Positions 12,496 through 21,959 of a stretch of 43,601 bases of DNA are shown here, piece after piece. The notes under the pieces are model-generated. The model worked only from the letters and a program-made list of their open reading frames with translations, made no database searches and was not told the origin of the DNA. The translations under genes and the position numbers were made by a program. This DNA is from Thelocarpon superellum (taxonomy: Eukaryota): assembly GCA_026025795.1 (NCBI GenBank), contig JAPEUG010000112.1, positions 1 to 43,601 on the forward strand, given 5' to 3'. Position 1 is the first letter of the stretch; every line of letters begins with the position of its first letter.

Positions 12496-14004
12496 CTGGA
12501 CTTTGGTAGGTGGTGCCCGACCGATTGCGTCGGACCCATGGCTCACTCCTCGTCCGTGCACAGACGCCCGAGTCCCGGTGCCCTTCAGGTATGTATAGGC
12601 ATGAGTGAGGGCGAAGGTGAGGATGCCGTGATGTCCCATCGCTGACCCGTCCAGTGTCTTCCCGTCGTCGTACCGGAGCGACGCTGAATCGTCAACTACA
12701 AAAGTCGAGGTAGAGGGTCAAACCGACCTCCCTGCTCGGACTTCGCGCGTCGGACGGGAAGACCGCTACAGCTCCATCTCCGCCACCTTGCCTCGCCGCC
12801 GTCAGGAGCGCGTGGAGGAGGAAGACGTGAACGTCTACGAAGGAGAAGACCGCCGACGCCGCGACCCGTCCCGACGTCAGGAAGTCATCATTGAAGAGGA
12901 ACGCCACCGCCACCACCGCTCGCCCCGAGTTGAAGAGCGCCGTGAGGAAGTCATCATTGAAGAGGATCGGCACCGCCACCACCGCTCGCCCCGATTCGAA
13001 GCACGCCGCGAGGAGGTGACCGTGATCGACGAGGACGAGCGCCGCCATCACCATCATCGTCCGCACCACCGCCACCATCACCACGACCGCGAACAGTAAG
13101 TCCCGCGGCGGCCACGGGGCTCGCGTGGCATGCACGTGCTGACCGTGCTCCTAGCTACCACGAGACCGACCTCAAGTTTGAGGGAGACGAGCTTGACGTG
13201 ACGGAACGGGACTATCGCCACCGCACGCACCCGCGCTTCGCCGAGTACGCCGAGGAGTTTGAGCGCGACTACTCGACCGAGCCTCGTCGCACGACTGACT
13301 TTGAGATCCGCGAGGAAGTGACGTCGACCGTTGATCCGCCCCGTCGCGAACGAGACAGCATGGGCTACTATGACGAAGACGGCGAATACCACTCCTTCCG
13401 CCACGGTGTGCACAAGGCGGCCGACCGACTGCTTCATCCGCACCACCCACGCAGCACCGTGCGTGAGGAGATCCACGTGACGGAGGAGGAGCGCTATCCG
13501 CGGGATCACCACCGTTCAGCGCGAGAGGAAATCGTCGTGTCGGACCGACGGCATTCGACCAACACGATCACGATCCCGTGTCATCACATTCGCATCGGCG
13601 ACCTCGTCATGCTTCAGGGCCATCCGTGCCAGGTGATTCGGATCACGACGTCGGCCCAGACGGGACAATACCGCTACCTGGGCGTGGACCTGTTCTCGAA
13701 GCAGCTACACGAGGAGTCCAGCTTCATCTCGAACCCGTCGCCGTCGGTCATCGTGCAGAACATGCTCGGGCCCGTCTTCAAGCAATACCGTGTCCTGGAC
13801 ATTCGTGACGATGGCCGCGTCGTCGCCATGACAGAGACGGGGGATGTCAAGCAAGGACTGCCGGTGATTGACCAAGGGGGCTTGTGGTCACGGTTGAACG
13901 ATGCCTTTGCCCACGGCCGTGGCAGTGTGCGTGTCATGGTGATCCACGATCGTGGTCGTGAGCTGGCCGTTGATTACAAGGTGGTTCACGGATCTCGCCT
14001 GTAG
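12496..14004 (+). CDS. hex-1: Woronin body major protein Hex1, long isoform (putative CTG start); exons 12496-12505, 12564-12588, 12655-13095, 13155-14004
   Basis: Three GT-AG introns with branch points (12506-12563, 12589-12654, 13096-13154) join LDFDARVPVPFSVFPSSYRSDA... in frame to the Hex1 core. In-frame TGA at ~12409 and no in-frame ATG between it and 13360. Confidence 0.7.
12881..13050 (+). repeat. 66-nt (22-aa) tandem repeat in the Hex1 extension, two near-identical copies plus a degenerate third
   Basis: GAAGTCATCATTGAAGAGGA... at 12881 and 12947, degenerate copy at 13013; encodes EVIIEEERHRHHRSPRVEERRE-type units. Confidence 0.85.
13360..14004 (+). CDS. hex-1: Woronin body major protein Hex1, canonical short isoform (214 aa)
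   Basis: Diagnostic MGYYDEDG start, eIF5A-like core TIPCHHIRIGDLVMLQGHPCQVIRI...YLGVDLFSKQLHEESSF...AMTETGDVKQ, and C-terminal PTS1 -SRL. Confidence 0.97.
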   Translation: MGYYDEDGEYHSFRHGVHKAADRLLHPHHPRSTVREEIHVTEEERYPRDHHRSAREEIVVSDRRHSTNTITIPCHHIRIGDLVMLQGHPCQVIRITTSAQTGQYRYLGVDLFSKQLHEESSFISNPSPSVIVQNMLGPVFKQYRVLDIRDDGRVVAMTETGDVKQGLPVIDQGGLWSRLNDAFAHGRGSVRVMVIHDRGRELAVDYKVVHGSRL

Positions 14005-14856
14005 GCGGATAGCGTGTCTTGGCATCTTGTTCTCTTGACCTCTCGACCTCTTGAAAGGATCGTGAAAGGTGGAGTCGATAGTCGAAGAGCATAGTGTGAG
14101 CAGAGTCAAGGGAATGGAGGAGGACGAGCGTGGAATGGAAAGGAAGGAGGACGTAGACAAGTTGAGGAGACCCCGGACTGTCAGGCAGGACGGAGGGAAG
14201 AGGCAGACGTGCAGATGGAGCATGCGAGAGGTAGTAATTTGAACAATGCCAACGACACGTGACACGCGGCGTTGGGACGCGATGACTGTTGCATAAGAGC
14301 CCTTCCCCTCGTGTGACTTGTTTCCCACCCATTCTGCCTGATCTGCCGTGTCCCCACCGGTCTGTTTCGCTCCCACCTTGTAGCTAGGCGCCTCGTTGTC
14401 ACAGACCTGCAGTCTGCGTCGCCCTATGATTCCATCGTTACGCGTAGGGAGGGCAGTGCTAGCGGTCCTTGGAACTGGGCTTCGCCTTCCATGTCCCGGC
14501 TATGTCGGTCCTTGGGGGCGGGAAGTCTAATCTGTCCGGATCGCGATCGTTCATTGGCCAGACACAAACCGCGCAACGATACCGGGGAGAAGGCTGGGCA
14601 AAGAGGGATCCACTCAGCCCTCCTACGACTGCAGGCTATCATTGAGGCTGTTCCTGCGCACCTTGGCGTTTCTGACATGTCGTGTCGGGATCAATGTGCT
14701 TGCTCATTACCCGCTCACTACAAGTATTCCTTAACTTCAGTGCCCAAGGACATGTTGCGCTCGTACGCGCACATGTCCTCTTTCCTCCCTGTCAACGCCG
14801 AGTGTAGAGCTTGAGTGTCAGTCCCATGCTCTCCATGCCCAAGCCAGAGCGACGTG

Positions 14857-16980
14857 ATGAACCCTCCCGCGGTGCCCAGAGCCTCGGCAAGGGCCGAGTC
14901 AACCACATGGGCTAAACTCATGCCTCTGCCAGGTCTGGTGGTCACCACCTTGGTTTCCTTGTGGTTGCTCGGGGAGAATGTTCGAAGCTACTCCAGCACG
15001 GGATACTTGTACAATGTCGTGCAAAACCATCGATCCCCCGCCCAGACCGTCGTCCAGATCATCTCGAGTGTCCTGGGGGCCGCGCATCTCTACGTCCTGA
15101 CGGCCATGGTCAATCGATGGACCCGACTCAATTGGATGAAAGGTGCCATCAGCCTGGACCGGCTGAAGTTTTGGAATGCCGTATCATCCATCGTCAAAGA
15201 CTTCAGTCTGCCGTTTCGATTCCTCCTTCCGCTGTTGATCATCACCCTGGCCGCCCTCATACCCCAGGGTCTGTGGTCAGGCGCGCTGACGCCCAATTTT
15301 ACCAACTCCACCATGATCTCGCACATTCAGGTGCCTCAATACGGGCCCGACGAGCGAGGGGTTTTCTGGAACCAGACGTGGGATCCCACTCGGTCACGGG
15401 GGGACACCAGGAACAAGCTGGGAACTTTCTCCTACTCGCCTGCCTGGGATCGCGGAGGAGTGATGCTCGATGCTGCAGCGGCCGCGAGTTCGCGGGATAC
15501 GACGCCGGTAACGCACATCAAGAACGACAACACGAGATACTCGTATCTCGGACGATCGTACGGGGTCGGAGCGTCCGTCGGGCTGGTGGACGTGGGAGAC
15601 GTGGATGACATCACGCCACTTCAGACGTACAGCTACCGCGAAACGGGCTACCAGGCCAACGTGACGTGCGGCAAGAACGATACTTCCAATTGGGCAATCG
15701 ACGTGACGCAGGAGAGCGACGACTCGGGGACGCCAAGCATGTACGTCGCGAATGGCACAACGCCGGACAACTCTTTCAACGCGTTTGCCGTGGTTGGTCT
15801 GGGTGACAGTAGCATCGTCGCGCTCGTCTCACATCTATCAACGGACGGCGGGGGAATCGTGGCCATGGCCACCGGCAACTCCCAGGGTGACTACACCTCT
15901 CTCAACAACACCCAATGCAACGTCACCTTCACGCCGACCAATTTCCTGGTCGAAGTGGACGCGGCGCAGCGGGTGATCAACGTGACGGCGCTTCCGGGAC
16001 CGGCGAAAGACATGGACCCGACGGCGTCTGACGGAGTTCACTTCCAAGACTGGCGCTGTATACCGAGATGCGGGCCCTTCAGCAACGTGGGCCGGCCGAG
16101 TCTCGGGGCGGTGGCGACGCAAGTGATGCGATCCATCATGTCCCTCTCGATGATCTACACGACCCTGTACACGTCGCCGGTCGGCAACATGTTTCTGTCC
16201 AACATAGCCAGCGTGCAAGCCGCGCAGGCCAACGGCAGTCTCTTCCCCGGCGAGGACGCGAGCATGATCGGCGTGGCGCGCTCGCTGGAGTCGCTCCTCG
16301 ACGACGCCCTGCTCGCCTTTTCCTCCGCCCAGATCGTCGTCGCGAACGAGACAACGCAGGTGGACGTGTCGGCCGAATACGCAGCGATCAAGATCGGCCA
16401 GTCGACATTCATCTATCTCGTGACGGCGCTGAACGTCTTCCTCGTGCTGGTGTTCCTCGCCGAAGCAATCCGCACACGCTTCTGGCGCGGCCTGCCGCTG
16501 TTCGACTACCGCGACCTCAAGAGCGTCATTGTTGCCTCGTCCATGGGCGGATCCAGCGTGGCTCGTCGCGCCGTCGCACGGCACGGTCTGACGAAGAGCC
16601 ATGGCTGGACGGCCGAGCCCACCGACGCTGTCGTGGGGCGCATGACGGTGATCTTGGGCCGACAGGCGCGCGATGACGGCGGTGACGACGGGGACATGGG
16701 CGGCGCCATTGCCATCATAGACGCGGGCGCCAACGACGACGACGAGGCGGACGGGACGCACGGAGACGCGGCTGCGATGTACCAAGAAAGGGAGAGGGAG
16801 ATGGGTGCATGGAAGAATCAGGTGCAGATTGGCACGCGGACGAAGATGTGGGGAGGAAATTCGAGCACGAGCACCATGCCTTACCAACGCGTCGAGTCGA
16901 CGGACGAGATACCGCACGTATTCATCTCGCCCGAGGCTCAAGAGCACGAGCATGAGCGTGGGTACGGTCACGAGTCATGA
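14857..16980 (+). CDS. Uncharacterised multi-pass membrane glycoprotein (intronless, ~707 aa)
   Basis: Long stop-free ORF with first ATG at 14857. About three N-terminal hydrophobic segments, a large domain with many N-x-S/T sequons and the motif YSYLGRSYGVGASVGL, a C-terminal TM helix (FIYLVTALNVFLVLVFLAEAI) and an acidic tail. Confidence 0.8.
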   Translation: MNPPAVPRASARAESTTWAKLMPLPGLVVTTLVSLWLLGENVRSYSSTGYLYNVVQNHRSPAQTVVQIISSVLGAAHLYVLTAMVNRWTRLNWMKGAISLDRLKFWNAVSSIVKDFSLPFRFLLPLLIITLAALIPQGLWSGALTPNFTNSTMISHIQVPQYGPDERGVFWNQTWDPTRSRGDTRNKLGTFSYSPAWDRGGVMLDAAAAASSRDTTPVTHIKNDNTRYSYLGRSYGVGASVGLVDVGDVDDITPLQTYSYRETGYQANVTCGKNDTSNWAIDVTQESDDSGTPSMYVANGTTPDNSFNAFAVVGLGDSSIVALVSHLSTDGGGIVAMATGNSQGDYTSLNNTQCNVTFTPTNFLVEVDAAQRVINVTALPGPAKDMDPTASDGVHFQDWRCIPRCGPFSNVGRPSLGAVATQVMRSIMSLSMIYTTLYTSPVGNMFLSNIASVQAAQANGSLFPGEDASMIGVARSLESLLDDALLAFSSAQIVVANETTQVDVSAEYAAIKIGQSTFIYLVTALNVFLVLVFLAEAIRTRFWRGLPLFDYRDLKSVIVASSMGGSSVARRAVARHGLTKSHGWTAEPTDAVVGRMTVILGRQARDDGGDDGDMGGAIAIIDAGANDDDEADGTHGDAAAMYQEREREMGAWKNQVQIGTRTKMWGGNSSTSTMPYQRVESTDEIPHVFISPEAQEHEHERGYGHES

Positions 16981-17382
16981 TGTCTATAGATCACCTACTG
17001 CGGAAATGGTTCGAAGATCTAGCAATTACGTCGCGTACGAGTGGCAGTGGCGCACGACTGGTGTAGCATGGTGTGGTATGTTATGCTATGCCGTACCATA
17101 TACCACGAGTAGACATGTAGGTAGGATGCAGGGAAATAAGGAGATGGGGATGGGAAAGAAGAATGCGAAGAAAGACCAACACGTGGCGAGGCATTGGGTG
17201 TGAAGAGTGTCCCAGGCCATGAAGGAGTGACGATGGAGGGACAAAAGGAAGAGAAAAGAAGGGATGGAGGGTCGAGGCAGGATGGAGAACAAGGATGACA
17301 ATGCGGCGAACGAGCAAGAGCAACAATCAATCGCAAAAGCTACGTCAATGCAGTCGTGTGTGCCAGACTTGGCTGCAGGCTG

Positions 17383-17462
17383 AATGAATGGAAATGTATG
17401 AGTTGCCAAATGCGTGAGCGAGCGAGCGACGAGTGAGCGAAAATGGAGTGAATGAGCGAATG
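17383..17462 (-). promoter_or_regulatory. Cluster of CNYT tandem units (Ssd1-type CNYUCNYU elements) in the 3' UTR of the secreted repeat protein gene
   Basis: Minus strand: CATT-CGCT-CATT-CACT (17462-17447), CGCT-CACT (17439-17432), CGCT-CGCT-CGCT (17428-17417), CATT-CATT (17390-17383), 66-145 nt past the stop codon. Confidence 0.55.
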
Positions 17463-17527
17463 AAGAGAGAAGAAGCGAGTTTGAAGACCATCTGTAAATG
17501 AATGTGGGCGCGCTGGTTATCAGCTGC

Positions 17528-20047
17528 TCATTCCGTTCCAGGGAACCGCGCCGGCGTAGAAGCCGCTGCCTGTTCCGCTGGTGTTTCTCCCGAAGAATTT
17601 CCTTTGTCCGTTGCTCGCCCCTTTCCTCCTCCATCATTTGGTCTTGGACGGCGCGCGCTCGTCTGGGTGGAAGGGAGACTTCCAGGAAAGGTACCTACTT
17701 CGCCCTCACCCTCGCCCTCATCCTGATTAGCAGCGCCAAGGTTGGGGCTGATCAACCCTGGGCTACCACCGCCTTCGGCCTCGTTGAAGTTGTCCGATGG
17801 GCTGCCAAGATCGGTCTCGACGAGCTGACGACGGCGACGTTGACGGTTGCGTCGGCCGGTGACCGTTGTGGTGCCACCCTTTCCCCCAGTTCCTTGCTCA
17901 ATCTTCACCACGGTGGGTTGGTTTCCCTTGCTTTGGATGATTTTTCCGCCAGTGCTTTCGGTGGTTTGTCCTCCGTTGCCTCCTTCAGGCACTGTACTGC
18001 CTTCCGTCGACTGCGGAAAATCTCCGGTATTCCCTTGTCCTGTCCCTTCTGCGGCTGCGTCTATCGCCCCTCCCGTGTTCTGTTCTGTACTTCCGGTATT
18101 TCCATTCCCGGTTCCACTTCCCCCGGTTCCACCTCCACCTCCTCCCGTAGTCGGCGATCCTCCGGTGTTTGACTGTGCTTCCCCTGCTGTGGTTGTGGCG
18201 GCAATTTGCCCCGTGGCCCCCAGCTGCTGCTGTTGTCCTCCTTGCTGTTTGACAGGGGTGATGAGGAAGGAACCATCGTCCGGATCCGGAGCCGTCACAT
18301 TGACCGGCATGGGCCCAACTCCGTTGATCATGATCATGCCATTGCCGCCATTCGTACCGGAATCGTTGCCGCCACCGTTAGTGGTTTGAACCGCGGCAGT
18401 CTGACCTCCAGCTGTCGGGTTTTGTCCTCCACCGTTCGTTCCACCAGCTAACCCTACAGGTTGTCCGCCACTGGTCGGTCCATTCATGCTGCTCATGTCT
18501 TGCGTTGTGTTTATTTGAAGACTAATCGGCCCGGTGACGTTTTGTGCAGCGTTATTGCCAAGTCCACCAGTCGCTTGGCCCCCAGTGGTTGGATCACCCG
18601 TAGTGGAAGCCGTTGTTGCTGGGTCTGGATCCGTATCCATGGTGTCTGTTCCACCGGTTCCATTTGTGGCGTCGGCCGCGCCACCATCGATCGAGCCGGA
18701 ATTCGGGTTTGCAGCAGTGGACGCGGTGCCGGCAGTCACTGGCTGCGCACCACTGGTCGCTAGACTCTTTGGGGCCTGAAGAACGGCATTCACCGCGCCA
18801 GGCGGTGAATCGATCGCTCTTGCCACTGTCTCCCCCGTCGCAGGGGCTGCGGCAGGGGCTACTGCAGGGGCCGCAGCAACGACTGGGGCCGCGGCCGCGG
18901 CAGCGGCTGGGGCTGGGGCCGCAGCTGCGGGAATGGCCGGGGCTAGGGCGGCGGCATCGGCGGGAACGGCCGTGGTCGAATCGGCTGCATTTGCAGCGCC
19001 AATCCCTGCAGGAGCTGCTGCTGCTTGAGCTGTCGTATTGGTGGTGTTGGCGGCCACCACCGTGGCGCCTGGATTGGCCGGTGTACCGGGCGGGGCCACT
19101 GCGGCCGCTTCAGCCCCTAGTGTCCCTGCGGCAGCTGGCTGGGCTGCAGTGCCTGCAGGCTGGACGGCGGCAGCGGCAGCGGCAGGCGGGACAGCAGCGC
19201 CCGCAGCTGCATTGGAAACAGATGCGACCTTTGGAGCCGAGGCAGCAGCGGGCTGAACAGCAGCGGCAGCCCCACCAGCGGGCTGAACAGGGGCACTACC
19301 AGCAGCGGGCTGCACGGCAGCAACCCCGCCAGCTAGTTGAGCGGCAGTGACATTAGTGGCAGTGGCGTTCGCGACAGAAATGGCAGCTGGTGGAACGGCA
19401 GCGGCAGCGGCAGCGGCAGGTGCAGCGGCGACAACAGGTGCAGCGACAACAGGTGCAGCGGCAGCGGGGGCGGCGGCAGCGGGGGCGGCGGCAGCGGGGG
19501 CGGCGGCAGCGGGGGCGGCGGCGGTAGCAGGAGCGGCGGCAGCGGGAGCAGCGGCGGTAGCGGGTTTGACAGCAGCAGCAGCCCCTCCGCCAGCCGCTGT
19601 ACCGCCAATGTTCCCTCCGTTGTTGCCTCCATTATTCCCTCCGTTGTTCCCTCCGTTATTACCTCCATTATTGTTGTTGTTGTTCTTATTATTGTTGTTG
19701 TTGGCAATGAGGCTTGCTAACGCCAGATCATCGGTGTTGCCACCATCAAGTGCGCTCGCAACATTAGCAGCATTGTTGTTGTTGTTGTTGCCCCCAAGAC
19801 CAGCCAGAAGGCTTAGACCGACGATACCTCCCGCATCGATCCGTTTGGTAAGTCCAGGTAACTGAGTGGCCGGTGAGAAATCTAGTAGAACATCAGCACG
19901 GGCAAGATCTCCGAATCGCATGCAGAAGGGGCGAGACGTACTGTTGTCGGAGACTTCTCCAGGGAGAACCTCGGCGGTGGGATGGGCCGTCACAACGAGG
20001 GAAGACGATGCCACCAGGGCAGTCAGGAGCGACGAGGAGACCTTCAT
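17528..20047 (-). CDS. Secreted low-complexity Ala/Pro/Gly/Thr/Asn-rich protein (putative cell-surface or matrix protein); probable 60-nt intron 19941-19882
   Basis: Signal peptide MKVSSSLLTALVASSSLVVTA, Kex2-type KR site (LTKR/ID), GGNN and PAAAA repeats. A GTACGT..GCTGAT..TAG intron preserves frame. Confidence 0.8.
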   Translation of the reverse strand: MKVSSSLLTALVASSSLVVTAHPTAEVLPGEVSDNSTSRPFCMRFGDLARADVLLDFSPATQLPGLTKRIDAGGIVGLSLLAGLGGNNNNNNAANVASALDGGNTDDLALASLIANNNNNKNNNNNNGGNNGGNNGGNNGGNNGGNIGGTAAGGGAAAAVKPATAAAPAAAAPATAAAPAAAAPAAAAPAAAAPAAAAPVVAAPVVAAAPAAAAAAAVPPAAISVANATATNVTAAQLAGGVAAVQPAAGSAPVQPAGGAAAAVQPAAASAPKVASVSNAAAGAAVPPAAAAAAVQPAGTAAQPAAAGTLGAEAAAVAPPGTPANPGATVVAANTTNTTAQAAAAPAGIGAANAADSTTAVPADAAALAPAIPAAAAPAPAAAAAAAPVVAAAPAVAPAAAPATGETVARAIDSPPGAVNAVLQAPKSLATSGAQPVTAGTASTAANPNSGSIDGGAADATNGTGGTDTMDTDPDPATTASTTGDPTTGGQATGGLGNNAAQNVTGPISLQINTTQDMSSMNGPTSGGQPVGLAGGTNGGGQNPTAGGQTAAVQTTNGGGNDSGTNGGNGMIMINGVGPMPVNVTAPDPDDGSFLITPVKQQGGQQQQLGATGQIAATTTAGEAQSNTGGSPTTGGGGGGTGGSGTGNGNTGSTEQNTGGAIDAAAEGTGQGNTGDFPQSTEGSTVPEGGNGGQTTESTGGKIIQSKGNQPTVVKIEQGTGGKGGTTTVTGRRNRQRRRRQLVETDLGSPSDNFNEAEGGGSPGLISPNLGAANQDEGEGEGEVGTFPGSLPSTQTSARRPRPNDGGGKGRATDKGNSSGETPAEQAAASTPARFPGTE
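19400..19700. repeat. Coding tandem repeats: 15-nt PAAAA units and 12-nt GGNN units plus poly-Asn
   Basis: (GGGGGCGGCGGCAGC)n at ~19460-19525 and CCTCCGTTGTT-type units at ~19610-19670. Confidence 0.85.
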
Positions 20048-21959
20048 GATTATGTCTCTAGGCGTCGGTAACCATCAGCAGCGCTCCGCGAGGTGCCAAG
20101 TGGCAGGAGCACGAAGAGCTGCAGCACGTCCAGCGGCAGTGGAGCAAGTTGACCGAACTTCCCGGAGCGGATGAACGGGATGAACGGGACATGGTCAACC
20201 CTTTATACGGGGTGGACGATTAGCCCTCTGCGGGCACCTGTCCGGCTGGACTTCTGACATGGCCTGTTCCATGAACGAGACGAGCGTGAACGCTTCACGG
20301 GTGATCGACGAAGCGACGGTGGTGACAGTCGGTGGGTGGGGGCATGGCGTGGTTCAGTCCCGAAGAGGTGGTGGCCGACGTTGGATGGGCGTGATGGCGA
20401 TGGTCAAGGGGATGGAACGCGCGAAGAAGGGACGAGCGGGGGCGAGGGCCTCCACATGCGTTGCAGATCCCCGCCATCTTCCTGCGAGCACTACGCCCAG
20501 CTTCCGAGCGTGCGGATGCTGAGAGGTCACCAATGCGAGCCGGACCGGACTCGTCCGATTGATGGGCGGTGGCAGGTGGCATAGAATCGCACCAGAACGG
20601 CTGTAGATCCCTGCGTTTGGGATAAGCGTCGTTCGACCGAAAGAGGGACGGCAGTGACGTTGGATCCATGGCCCTCAGTCTCTCCCATTCCCCCAGCTAC
20701 GCTGGATGGCCTTAGCGGCACTTCTGTGACGCCGGGGTCCTGGGCGACCGCTGTGACGGCTTGTCCACCGATCACGGACGAATCGCACTGCGGCCCCTGG
20801 GAAGCGAGCCAAGCACCACAAGCGAGGGTGCCCCCGTCGTCTCAAGCACTTTCGGCAACTACCAGACCTCCGCCATCTCGCCCGGCTCGAGGAGCAGGCA
20901 TGATCTTATTGAGGCACAAAGGCCTCCAGACTCTTGTCTCGAGGACAATAGACCAATCTAACTTCCGTCCTTTTCTAAGCTTCCTGACTCAATGCGTGCT
21001 CACATGATATCATGTCATGGCCACCAAGACCGTGGCTGAGTGGGCACTTGGCCGGCGCTGTACCAGCATAACCTTGTGATGAAGACTGACACTACCAAGA
21101 GCAGCTGCGCGCACCCGCGAGCAGTATTTCGTGCGTCGCAGAATGCGGCATGGACAGATGCCGGCAAGGTCAGGATTGCGTGACAGGGAGAGCCAGAGAA
21201 TACTGCCCCGCAGGGCTCGATTTCTTGGCGGGCAGATCAGGGTCGGGTGCGCGACGTATCCCGTCCACTCTTCTTTCGTTGACTCGTCGCGCGGGTCTAT
21301 GATGCTGGTCGGCGTACACGACAGTCAAAGACCGCCACTCGGTGAGTGGAGTGAGATGATGGCAGCTGGCCAAACCCTAGAAGTGGTGCGATCAGCTCAC
21401 AAATGGTCGCGATCATTTGTGATGCTTCGAGCAAGTAGAGCGGAGGACTCCTGATCTCTAACCTTTCCATGTTGTGCTTCGCGCAGCTAGCCAAGTTGAA
21501 GAAGGTTGCCTGCAAATCCCCGGGTCTTTTCCGCCCAAAACAGGCCAGCTTACCGACGTACGGTCGGCACTTACGACGCGCCCCGGTCGCGAAAGTTGGG
21601 TCGAGACAGGGCGACTGCAGGTGCTCTGCAGGTCAGGTACGAGTACGATACCTGCAGGCGAACATCGGCTTAGCGGCGCCGCGTGTTTCAGGCAGTTCAC
21701 TTCCTACAGGCAACGGCAATCCAACTTGACAGGCGTCCGACGAACAGCACTTGCCGCTACGATGAACAACCGATCGATTGCAGCAGTCGATCATCTCCTC
21801 TTCGGATATCTTGTGATCCTCTGGGACGGCCGACCAGCATGTTTGGCCGCGAGGATCACTCGTCTTCGTTTGGGCCTGTACCTTTCTCGTCCTTCACACC
21901 CTGCTAAGAATCACTTATCTACACACCCACAGAGTCATGCCGTCGCGAGATCGTCGTCA

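Noticed and set aside
12538..12588. ATG at 12538 as the start of long Hex1
   Set aside because: It lies inside predicted intron 1 and is out of frame with DARVPVPFS (it reads MAHSSSVHRRPSPGALQ).
15838..16971. 377-aa minus-strand ORF, and similar long antisense ORFs over HSP78, GLE1 and SSD1
   Set aside because: Antisense shadows caused by high GC3 codon usage of real genes.
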